Shown piece by piece: positions 26,898-37,684 of a stretch of 64,000 nucleotides of DNA (positions are counted from its first letter, which is position 1; each line of letters begins with the position of its first letter). The DNA comes from Bispira polyomma (Eukaryota). Below the pieces are notes generated by a model that worked only from the letters and a program-made list of their open reading frames with translations, had not been told where the DNA came from and made no database searches. Made by a program: the position numbers and the translations under genes. Location: positions 36,084,001 to 36,148,000 of the forward strand of contig OZ287748.1 of the NCBI GenBank assembly GCA_965649765.1. Reading direction: 5' to 3'.

Positions 26898-27095
26898 GAT
26901 AAATACACCTTACCTTATCCTCACTAACGCTATATAATTTAGTGCACCTAAATGTTCGACCACAAAAAACACTTAAGTCTTTTTTCAAAGACTATTCTTG
27001 TGATTTGACCTAAATAAATCTCACCAACCTCACTGCGCATGCGCTGGAAGTCCCTTCAATTCTTGTCCTCGAGATACCCTTCACAATTAATTTGG
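26898..27095 (+). repeat. Left inverted terminal repeat of the DIRS-like element
   Basis: Reverse complement of 32125-32319 with about 6 substitutions and a 3-nt indel (by eye). Confidence 0.93.
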
Positions 27096-27317
27096 TCGCC
27101 GTTGTGTCAACACCTAGTTCGATCTACTACTGGAGTTTTTGAAGGAAAATAGATGCTTTATTTCATAAGGCAGGATGTATTATGGCTGAGGAATATGCTT
27201 TCTATAGTTAGTTTCATCATTGGCAGCATTTTTGGAGGGTTTGCCAGACTTTCCATTTCATTAGTGATCTTTGCGTTCATTCTAGTTTTGATGAGTTTTG
27301 GAACAGCACAGGAGTCA

Positions 27318-27456
27318 ACTTAACACAACCAGATGTTGTGGTGTTAACTTTTCACAACGAGATGTTGTGGTGTTAACTTTACACAACGAGATGTTGTGGA
27401 GTCAACACAACGAGATGTTGTGCAGTCAACTTAACACAACGAGATGTTGTGGTGTT
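27318..27456 (+). repeat. ~25-30 bp minisatellite (acacaacgagatgttgtggtgttaactttt) inside the DIRS-like element
   Basis: Five recognisable copies of acacaacgagatgttgtg. Confidence 0.85.
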
Positions 27457-27527
27457 GCTGGATAATTGTTTTGTGTGCCTAGCTCTGTATTCAGGGCATG
27501 GGAGGCACATAGAATTTTCTATGGCGG

Positions 27528-27624
27528 AGATGTCCTAAGAGTGATGTCCTAGCAGTGATGTCCCAACAGTGATGTCCTAGCAGTGATGTCCCAACAGGGA
27601 TATCCTAGCAGTGATGTCCTAACA
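27528..27624 (+). repeat. 14-bp minisatellite (agtgatgtcctagc / agtgatgtcccaac) inside the DIRS-like element
   Basis: About 7 alternating copies. Confidence 0.85.
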
Positions 27625-29257
27625 AAGGAGGTGTGTTGGATTGCTGGTTGATTATTTGGTGGGCCTAGCTCTGTTTTTCAGAGCATAGGAGGCTCATCGA
27701 ATTTTCTATGGCTGATGCGCAGTGTTCTGATGGTGATGGCCTTACAGTGATGTCCCAACTGTGATATCTCAACAGACTCAAAGCTTATAGTTCATGGTGA
27801 ACGCTGGAAGCTCTTAGTATATCTTGAAGATGATGGTCCTTGAGGTTCCTGAAGGCTGAAGTTGCGAATACTATAGCTGCTGATCCCTGAGCTACCTGAA
27901 GATGTGAGCTACCTGGAGATGACTGCTATGTTGCTTATAGTTCATTGTGAATTCTGGAAGCTCTTACTATGTGCTACAGATGAAGATCGTTGTGATACCT
28001 GAAGGCTGAAGTTGTGAACACTACAGCTGCTGATGTCTTACTACTGAGGATCCCTGAATTACCTTCCTGTCAGCTTTGCTACCAGTTCCGATACAAGGAT
28101 GGAAGGGGACCTGGGCAGAAGAGGGTGAATCGTCAGCACACAGGATTGGATAGGGGTTTCCCTGACTAAGATAACATCCAGTTGGATTTTCCCTGAGAAC
28201 TGAAGGTGTAGCATCATTGAGGTACTTAAGATATCTGCTACCCAGAAGGGGACTGCTGTTTGCTGATAGTTCTCTTGTGAATGATAGAAGATCTTTCCAA
28301 CTATTGCATCGATTATTCAGCCATCCAATGCTTGATGTATGTGAGGTATGATCATTGCCAGTACAGAGGGACCCTGATAATGTTGTTATCAGTTTCACTT
28401 CAAGCTATATCGTCAAAATTACTGAGTACTTTCTGATAGAGTTGAGTGGAAGGGGACCTAGGTAGATGAGAGTGAATTGTCAGCATATAAGTTTGACAGG
28501 ACTTCTTTGGCTAGGGAACCTGAACTTTCCCCTGAAACTGGAGATGTACAGAGATGATATTTTCACTGAAGCAGAAGATCTCACAATGTTGGGGAATTTG
28601 AAGAGTAACCAGAGAATTATAGTGTCTTCTCAACAGTACTTATCACAGCCATCATATTCTTCTGATTCTTTGCTGATTTTCTTGACAGAGAGTGTCTACA
28701 TTCTCTTGGAGAATATAGAATCTCTCAGACCCATGATTTTTTCCAGATTCCAGGAGGGATTCACTTTGATAGAAGATGTGATGCAAATTTGAAGATTGGG
28801 CAGAACACTGTCAATTCACCATAATGGCCATGTGTTTGACAGAAACCACTTTTTGTGGAGTGTCCTGGCTTCTCACAGTCTTATCAGCAGAGATTTCTAC
28901 CTAGACGGAGAAGTAATGGTTTTTTATCTCTTACATTGTTGAAAAAGGCCAGGTTCTGACAGTAAAACAGAATACTTGCAGTATTTTAGCTGATTACAGC
29001 CTTCTCCACAGATATATCTATCAAAGACAGTTACGAGAAATCAAATGATGTTTAGTTGGCTATTTCTATTTCCGTGTGTGCTATTCCCGAATTCGGGCAG
29101 TACTGCGAGATGAATACCAGGTTTACCGTTAGTATGGTCTCTTCCCTGAAGTAAACATCACGTGGTGTAGGAGACGAAAATGGATATATTTGACAAATAT
29201 TGTGTATGAAGACGATGCTGAGGGATCTGGGGAGAGTTCTCAATGTGATGACGGATT

Positions 29258-29883
29258 ATGAATGAAAAGGGTTTACTGCTGAGGATAGCAGTATATATAG
29301 ACGAGGTGAGATTTTTCGACGTCTTGGGAAAGAACGATCCCGTTGTGTACTTCTACCTAGCTTCTCAAATTCAACACGAAGAGGTATCTGAATATGGCAG
29401 TTTTGTTAGCGAAAATAGATATATTTGGGTAATGTACACGTCTACTACTCTCATATTCTATTTAATTCAAAGATTCATCAGATTCGCTGAGATTCAACGG
29501 ATTCGTTGTGAGGAATCATTACTGAATGGGCGATAATAGGTGGCAGTAAGACCTACCAATGTACACTTTTATGCTGGCTAATTTGCAGATATTCAAGTTC
29601 CAGGTGGGGAAGCAGTTTCTTGCGAATATTTTTGGATTATTCACCCTTGATGGATGGATATTTAAATTTTTCGACAGGATTATTTTTCGACATTTTTAAC
29701 AACAGTCGTGTTCAAGTCTGGAATTTCTTCACAATATTTCAGTCCATGGGCTGGTTTATTGTTACACAAGGTCAGAAATCGATCCTAGACAGGAAATCGA
29801 GTTTTCTGGGCTATCATTTCGTTCTAAGTCAGGTGACAAAGTCACTGACTTATTTGAAAGCAGAAGCAGTTTTTCCAGCGTAG
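29258..29883 (+). pseudogene. Decayed DIRS RT / RNase H remnants
   Basis: LRIAVYIDE resembles the RT 'GIRxxxYLDD' motif with the second Asp lost; FLGYHFVLSQVTKSLTYL resembles RNase H 'hVLIRSDNTTAVAYI'; multiple stops; resemblance judged from memory. Confidence 0.55.
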
Positions 29884-30101
29884 TGTTTTTGGAAGTTTAC
29901 CAATGATAAACAACTAGTTGGTAGAACAGTATTTACAGAGGCCTACAGTGAAGATTGCAGTACTTGTTTAAGATATTTTATTCCAAATGGAATGAATTGG
30001 TTGGAGTTAAGCAATTTTTTGGCCTTGTTATCTTCAGCATCGAGTTCCAGGCCAGAACGATTTCACAGTTTCGAGACCAGAGATATAGTTACTAATACAG
30101 A

Positions 30102-30614
30102 ATGTTTCACTTCATCGACCAATGCTCGTGCTTCTGTACTTTTTTCCCACATCTAGACGGTTGGCTATTTGATTGGTACTGGATGGAATATGTTTTTGGT
30201 CCTGTGGTCAGGTTTTCCAATTCATGCAGGACATGTTCAAGAACATTTGTCATTGAGGATGGTCCTCGTCATAGGATTATTAGACAGGGAATTTTAAGAA
30301 ACTTAGGACCATTGCTGTGTAGGGTACCTGTTGTTTTGGAGATGTCTGAAACTCATAAACTGAATTAATTGACATCTGAGCTTGCAAATCCTGTTTCACT
30401 AGTGTTCATTCCAGCCATTAAACTGGCCCTGGATGGTTCAGTTCTGGAATTATTTTTTGGTGTCCTGGCAGATCTGGAAGATATTATCTTGTTAGATCTG
30501 ACACAGGTACTATTTCATCTTCATACATACAGTCATATGCTGATGAGCTGTTTTATTTTTCTCAATTTTATTTCTCTTCATGTGTGTATTAGAGTTTTTT
30601 ATTTGGGAAGATGA
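30102..30614 (+). pseudogene. Decayed DIRS tyrosine recombinase remnant
   Basis: LLCRVPVVLEM ~ LLCPVRAL; NPVSLVFIPAIKLAL ~ KPVSxxTISRWIKxxL; FFGVLADLEDII ~ FxGVxLEDI; catalytic HxxR and Tyr not recognisable; in-frame stop at 30366-30368. Confidence 0.55.
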
Positions 30615-30764
30615 TGCCGTCTGAATGTCTGTTTCTTGGCATGACGACTAGAGTGCAGTACCTTATCCATTAAATGGGTGATGGATTGTTTCTCAATCTG
30701 GGTTTTTTCATGCTCTACATGTTTTAGTACATGTATAGAGGCATGCTCTTATTACTATGTCTTC

Positions 30765-31610
30765 AAGTAGAAGGTGGGTTGAATACTTGCTGGTTCATAA
30801 TAAATGTCTAGTGAAGTAACTTTATCCTTCAAATACAGCACCACTTACCATTGAGTAAAGTAGGCTGCTGGTTGAATACTTACTGACACATAAGTAATTG
30901 TTCAGTGAAGTACTTTCTTGGTCCTTGTAATTCAGCACTGCTTACCATGGAGTGAAGTTGTTTTGCTGGTTGAATTCTTACTGTTCATTAAACTGTCCAG
31001 TGAAGTAATTCTTTTTATCCTTAAAGGACAACACTACTTTCATGTTGTTTGGTATGCTGTTGGTTGAATATTTTTACTGGTTGGCAAGAAATTGTTAAGT
31101 ATTTTTCCATATCCTTCCGGTACACCTTCACTTACCTTGGTGTGGAGGGGGTTGCTAGTTGAATTCTTACTGGGTTACTAAACTGTCCAGTTAAGTAATT
31201 CTTTTAATCCTTTAGGACAGCACTACTTTCATTAATTTGAATAGGCTGTTGCTTGAGTGCTTACTGGTTCTCAAGGAACTGTTCAGTGAAGTCACTTTCG
31301 TTTACTATTAAGTACAGCGTCACTTATCATGGAGTGAAGCGACTTTCTGGTTAACTATTTACTGATGCCAGGACACTTATCAGTGAAGTAGTTTTGTCTT
31401 ATTGTTACTACAGTTCTACTTACATTATCTGAGTGGTCTGTTAGTTGAATATTTATTGATTTACAAGGAAATGTCCAGTGAAGTGTCCTTACTTATCTTT
31501 GCAGGATAGCACAACTTGCCACAAAGTCAAGTAGTCTGTTGGTGCCCTACTTACTGGTTTCTTTAGAAACTGTCCAGTGAAGTAATTTCCTTTATACTGT
31601 CTACATACAT
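30765..31610 (+). repeat. Array of nine ~95-bp diverged tandem units, each with a self-complementary stem-loop
   Basis: AGT(G/T)AAGT anchors at ~30810, 30904, 30999, 31093 (degenerate), 31189, 31285, 31382, 31477, 31576; each preceded by a GTTGAATACTTACTG-like motif that pairs with it. Confidence 0.88.
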
Positions 31611-31972
31611 CTTTGCATGTGCTGATGACTTGTCTGTTTTCTCTTGCAAGCTTTTCATTAAGTGGCATCTTGTGAAGAGATCATCTGTGGGATGTGATGT
31701 CATTTTGATGACGGCTAGCATAATAGCCAGATGACATTATCTTCTTGGCCTATTGACATACATATGTGGTACAGTCATATCTGTGTAGAACGCAGCACTA
31801 CTTGTTATTCAGTTAGGTAGTTGGCTGTTTTGTCAGACTTACATGCTTCTCCTGAAGTGACAAGAGTAAGTCAAATGCCTTATCCTCAACAACTAATGCT
31901 TCAAAACTCCTTAATTCCTTAGGTGGGGCTTTGTTTCACACAAATAACCCTCCTCCTTCAAGGTTGGATTCA

Positions 31973-32076
31973 AGCGTTAGTGAGGATAAGGTAAGGTGTA
32001 TTTATCGCAATAAAATGTAAAAATTTTATTGTAATTTATCTTTTTGGAAGATAAATACTTACCTTATCCTCACTAA
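31973..32076 (+). other. Internal complementary region (ICR) of the DIRS-like element
   Basis: agcgttagtgaggataaggtaaggtgtatttatcgcaataaaa is the reverse complement of the left terminus; tgtaaaaattttattgtaatttatc...cttaccttatcctcactaa is the reverse complement of the right terminus. Confidence 0.92.
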
Positions 32077-32124
32077 ACCGGATCCCGTCCCAACCAGCCC
32101 CACTTTTATTTGTGGAAACATCAC

Positions 32125-32353
32125 CCAAATTAATTGTGAAGGGTATCTCGAGGACGAGAGTTGAAGGGACTTCCGGCGCATGCACAGTGAGGTTGTTGAT
32201 ATTTATTTAGGTCAAATCACAAGAATAGTCTTTGAAAAAAGACTTAAGTGTTTTTTGTGGTCGAACATTTAGGTGCACTAAATTATATAGCGTTAGTGAG
32301 GATAAGGTAAGTATTTATCTTCCACAAAGATAAATTACAATAAAATTTTTACA
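32125..32353 (-). repeat. Right inverted terminal repeat plus 3' extension of the DIRS-like element
   Basis: ITR match to 26898-27095; 32294-32353 is complementary to the second half of the ICR. Confidence 0.93.
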
Positions 32354-32413
32354 ATTGCTTTTGCTTTAAATGATGAAAATCAGGTCTTGGTTTGCTTAGT
32401 GACATGAAATATA

Positions 32414-32645
32414 AGGCCACAGTGGGCTAGTGGTTAGAAGCACGTGCTTCGCAATCATTGGCCTCTCTCATCAGTGTGGGTTCAAATCCTGTTTGTTCCT
32501 TCATGTTGGAAAGTTTGTTGGGTACTTGCCGCAGGTTGATGGTTTAGAGTGCTTCTGCCTTGGGTTTTTTCCACCACTAAATCTGTCCATTGCGATATGA
32601 CCCAAGTTGTTGAAATCGACGTAAACCCAAACTAAGTTCTAACTA
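32414..32645 (+). mobile_element. tRNA-derived SINE (same family as 25481-25703)
   Basis: A box tgggctagtgg, B box ggttcaaatcc, same body and tail. Confidence 0.87.
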
Positions 32646-35207
32646 AAAGTTAAATATACATAAAATACATGTATATGCACTGTATTTACAGTAAAAAAGA
32701 GAACATCATTTGTTTTGTGTGTTAATTTACTTATTTAGTTATCTTGTATGCTGTTAATTTAATACATAATATAGATACTACCTTTTATTTTATGGGATTA
32801 AAAATATGTCTGGTGTAGGCTATAAAAGGTAAGATGTTCAACCAATCAGTTTATTTCACAGAGCTTTCTTGATACTAATTATGTCACATAGAATTTTCTT
32901 GATACTAAATTGAAAACAGACTTGGTAAAAAGCATTTATGTGTTCCCTTTGATGATATATTGTAATGGTATAGAATTTCTAGTCATTAACATTTTTTGAC
33001 GTCTGAGTTGTCGGGGAACCTTTTAGTTGTTGGAATTGTGTAGGTTTTGTCGTACGAGTTCAAACTCCCTTTTGGGCAAAGTTAGTAATATTCTGTACAC
33101 TACCAATTAACTTGTCATCACTATCTGTCAAAGTTAAGTCAAGAGTATGCAGATTTTTCAGGTACAATAATCAAAAGTGGTTATAAAATGCAGTTCTAAA
33201 TGTCGATGTCGTTTAAAAATTGAAAGGAAAAATATTGATCAATATCGACAGATATGTAACTGTCAAAGTTAGGGGTATACAGATTTTACAGGTAAAATAT
33301 TGGAAAGTAATTGTTAAATGTAGCAATAATCACTGTTTAAATGGCAATATATTTATAGTAAATTGGTAATGAAGGGCAATTTGTTGTAACTTAGTAATGA
33401 TTTGAAATATACTTGAAATATAATGAATACTATTGATTTAACAAATTAGTTTTTACATAGTTTAAAGGATGCCAAATGTAAAGTTAGATAACTGTATTTG
33501 TGGATAAAACAACTTTGAATTTGGAGTATAAATGTCTCTATGTCGTGGTATGAAATGCGTTATTACAGCTGTTTTAATACTGCTATATGTTTTTGTGTAT
33601 ATAATTCTGTGCACACTTGTGGTGTGACAGGTCCCCAGAAATACGGCCAGAGTAATCGCAAACATCTAACCGTTTGGAATCCAGGTACCCGCACCTTTGG
33701 TATGAACCAATCCCAGAAAGCAGTGTAGCAAAATGGCGACTAATGTAAACTAAAATCTAACAAACAAAAATGCTATATCTGTGAGAATATTAAAAATTAT
33801 GAGGAAAACGTATATTTAGTGCAAGAATTAGAATAAAAATTACTATTTTGACATTTAGTGATTATTTTACGACTATAGCAATAGTGTAAGAGATCAAAAC
33901 AGACACCTTTTCGAGTCCCCTAATCGCTGCAATTCACTTCGCTTTCCAAACAAATTAGGCTGTTATCGAGTAAATGCAAGCTCCGTCTCACCCCAAGTGT
34001 ACACAAATGGAATATCAAAGCTTGTTTTACAGTGTTGAGTTAAGCCATAATAACTGCCAGACACTATAGTTTTTTTTGTTCACAGTGGTAGTGATAAATT
34101 CTACATTTAAATATTCAGTACATTTTCTGTTAGCATATGTGTGGCAATGCCATTTATTGTATTTAGTCTAGTAAAAAAATGTCTTGGTGATAGATATACC
34201 CTAAACTCTCTCTGTAATACCCATGGGCTTTTCTATCAAACATAAGAACAATTAGGGAACGGGTGTTGGGCTATTTAAAAAATATGGGTTATACTTGGAG
34301 ATTTTCTAGTGTATTATCATGTTTCAATGAAATAAAATTTGATGAGGAAATGCAGTTATGTCCACGTTCAAAAAAGTAACTTTGTATATATATACTATTT
34401 GTATCACTATATAAATGCAGTTTGAATGAATATATATGAGAATAAAGTCATACAAATATGGGAAAATAATTCTATTAAGAATTTGTTTTAATTCCTTACT
34501 ATAAGATTGAGACGTAGCTGTTTCATCAGAGTGTGACCTTTATCAAAGATTTGTGGTTGTGACAGACTCTTTGTACAGGATTTCTATCTGCCAGTGTTGG
34601 GCCTGGCATGTATCTCTGTAGCTGACACAGAAGGCCTCAATTCCATACTGTAACCTTTGTAAAGGTGGATGTATAGTAGTTTCAATACCAAAAAAATATT
34701 TTCTGTCTATTGTATTTATTCGAATAAAACATATGCATGCTCTATTTAGATTTTGTGAATAAGATGTGCTGTAAGCTACAATAGAACTTGATATATTGAA
34801 ATAACAGGTCCATAATTGTTGGTTGTAACAGCTAAAACATTGTCACAACAGACAATTTTTCCTTTCCTAAAATTACTAATGTCCTATTAGTTTGGATGTT
34901 AATTTATGAGCTACCTGATTCTGTGTATAGTCAGCTTATAACACATTGTCTGATGGAAATTAACACTTGATTGAGGTCATGTATGAGAGCATTATCGGAC
35001 AAGAATTGGCATGCAGTCAGTGGTTTAGAAACTGCCCTTAATATAGTAGTTAAACCAAGTTAACTCCAGACCTCGCCCCGAGAAAAGTTTTTTAATCCAT
35101 GAAGTGTCATTAGAAGGAGCTTTTATAATCCCTATTTTTGTCCAACTTTGCCTTCTTTTTAGGTCTTGGTCCAAAGGTTAAGGTTATACCTATGTGCTTG
35201 ATTACTC

Positions 35208-35615
35208 AAAATTTGTCAAGAGTGAGATTAAAACATTTTATATCTTTTAATTTTGATGCATATATGAAAAAAGGTCCTTCATTATATATTCATCAAGTAA
35301 GTACCTTATAAAGCCGGTGTAGGGATTACCTCGACTTCTTTACCCTGGTGGTTCAGCCATATATTGGCTAATTTACCTAGCCAGTGTACCTTGACTGAAT
35401 CTATTGATAGTGACAATGATGGTACTAAATGATCCACTTCTAACCTTCAAACAAAAAGCCATTATTGTCTAGTGTGAATTGCAAACTTAAAAAATACTAC
35501 AGTTATTAAAAAATTTTAAATATGTGGTTAACAAAGCATATATGGACATTTTTTCATTTTTTTTGCATCAAAATTAGAAGATATAAAATGTTTTAATCTC
35601 ACTCTTGACAAATTT
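35208..35615. mobile_element. MITE with ~70-bp TIRs
   Basis: aaatttgtcaagagtgagattaaaacattttatatctt...gatgca vs tgcatc...agatataaaatgttttaatctcactcttgacaaattt. Confidence 0.8.
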
Positions 35616-36149
35616 CGATGTCATAATTAAATTGCATCCACCTGGTTTGGGTGATTACATCTTAAGAAAACCACTTGTCTTAACTCTGATGACACAAGTG
35701 GACATGCATTGATATTTGTTCTAGGTGTACTGGTGGGTACTCTAAGTGGATGAAGTTCCTGTATGAACATAGTTTGGCTGATTGGTTTATCAGGCAAACT
35801 TTAGGAACTGTTTTGGTTCCTAGTCCACCAGGACTAGTTTAATCCACCTCATAGAGTACAATAGGTGGTCTATGGGGTAATAGGGGGAAGAAGAGTGGCT
35901 ATTGCATGTGTACCTGCCTAAGTGGTTGGGTATGATAGTTATCAAGATGGCCACTGTTTGGTGTAAATAGTGGGAGGAAAAGTTGTGAGCATTGTCTAAA
36001 AGATGAATGTTTTAGAACGTGGCAGTAGACTATGCTGAATAACCAGGAATCATTCCTGTATATTGAGACCTTTAGGTGCATAGGTGGGGTTGGCATTTTC
36101 TTTCTATGGTATTCCTGACCTCTGATGATTCGGTGGACCCAGGATGTGC

Positions 36150-36560
36150 ATGAATAAAATCTACAATGTTGTGTTTTCATTCGGACAGATCGTGGTGACC
36201 GGGTGTATACATATATTGCACTTTGGCTTTTGCCAATAGATCTTAAAAGATATTGTCGCGTCTGTGACCAAATATGAGATTTTGGTATAGGAGAGCTTTG
36301 GTGTCATTGGAGCTTGTGAGGAAGTTTCAATTTTTAGTGATGACGTCTTTAAAATTGTGGTTTGAAGGTACTGGTGATAAACAAGGTGGTGGTGTCAAGT
36401 CCTTTGTTGGTGTTGGCTAGGTCGTCTCTTTGGTAGTGTCTAGCTCGTATTAGGGCCTGGTCAATGAGTTTCAAGGCATAGCCTCTCCTATGGGAATGGA
36501 AGGCTAAGGTGCTGGCATATAGTCTTTCAGTCATCCTGGCATATACTAGGATATACAGTT
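36150..36560 (-). mobile_element. Decayed Penelope-like retroelement fragment (RT-to-GIY-YIG linker)
   Basis: FHSHRRGYALKLIDQALIRA ~ FxxRGYPxxLIxxAxxRA; downstream VITKN*NFL...GHRRDNIF*DLLAKAK ~ IIxKHWxIL...AYRRxKNLxDxLVRA; stops present. Confidence 0.6.
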
Positions 36561-36680
36561 ATTGTCATGAGACTCTATTTCAGCCATTGTCTTGTCATCA
36601 GACTCTGTTTCAGCCATTGTCTTGTCATCAGGCTCTGTTTCAGCCAATGCCTTGTCAGCAGACACTATTTCAGTTGTTGT
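36561..36680. repeat. 30-bp minisatellite
   Basis: cagccattgtcttgtcatcagactctgttt, about 4 copies. Confidence 0.85.
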
Positions 36681-37684
36681 TTTATGATGGAGATACTATT
36701 CCAGCTGGTAGCATGTGACCGGATTCTAGTTTTGTCTGAATAATCACAGCCTCAGCACTAGTGATATCATTAGATCTGTCTGGTACCTCACTATACATCA
36801 CTTTTAAAACTTTACCAATGATCATTTTGAGCCATGCAGATACATTAATTTTAAAGTGTTTACCATGCTATTCAGACAAGGTTCTTGCTCCTTGACAACA
36901 AGATGATCCAAAAGAATCAGCAGGTTCCTCTTTTGTTTTGGGCTAAGCACTTGTAATTTACAGACCTGTTTCTTTTCTGAAACTTTATGGTTCGTAGCCA
37001 TATCTTCAGTTTCTTTGGCAGTTGGTTGAAAATTAGCCTTCTAAGATTGATACTCTTGTTTGTTAGGATTTGGTTACCTTCCATTCACTCAAGGAAAAGG
37101 AGAAAAAAAAAACAAGCTTGGGCAAGTTCCAAGCCTTGGGCCCCACCCAGAGAGAAGCCATTATCAAGGGGGTGGCTCAATATTTTTGATTATTTTAAAC
37201 TTTGGGCAACCCCCTTGCTCAGTGGTCTATGGGGTACTTAGTTTGAACTTTTTCAAGCCAAAAAATAAAAGAGGACACCTGATTTATTGTCATAATGACC
37301 AAATACAATTGTAAGTACAGAGAGAATGTTACATGTGGTTGAAAAGGCATATAGCTGAATGTATTGGATATTCACAAGGCAGTGTTGAGAGAATGTCCCA
37401 ATGTAAGTGAGTGCAGGGAACCTTGATGATGTATAACACAATGAAGGTTGTTATTGTACACTCAGATAACAGCTGTCCTTGAGTAGTCCATTTCAAGGGG
37501 GGCATGCGACTATCGGCCGGGAGCTAAAGATGTCTGGCGTGAAATTTAGCAGAAATGTCCGAAAAATTCACCAACCATCCAAGTTAAACCGCCAAGCAAT
37601 TGTAACCACCATACAAGTTCACCAAAATAAATGAGTACAGTTTTCCTGAATTTTATGTCAGGGCGACCGATTAATATGACCTTT

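Larger units (their letters stand above)
26889..32353 (+). mobile_element. DIRS1-like tyrosine-recombinase retrotransposon, non-autonomous with decayed coding region
   Basis: Inverted terminal repeats 26898-27095 / 32125-32319; right-end extension to 32353; internal complementary region 31973-32076 complementary to both ends; remnants of RT, RNase H and YR in DIRS order. Confidence 0.9.

Noticed and set aside
30765-31610. CRISPR array interpretation of the 95-bp repeats
   Set aside because: Eukaryotic context, no cas genes, repeats are degenerate and the variable segments are related to each other rather than unique spacers
31695-31742. SECIS-like ATGA...GA hairpin
   Set aside because: Upper helix only ~5-6 bp (too short) and no selenoprotein ORF upstream
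33700-33750. CCAAT plus AAAATGGCG as a gene start
   Set aside because: The ORF closes after 6 codons, the donor is weak, and this motif is common in DNA-transposon interiors
35660-35705. CTGATGA flanked by ccacttgt/acaagtgg as a hammerhead ribozyme
   Set aside because: No stem II-GAAA after the core; topology does not fit
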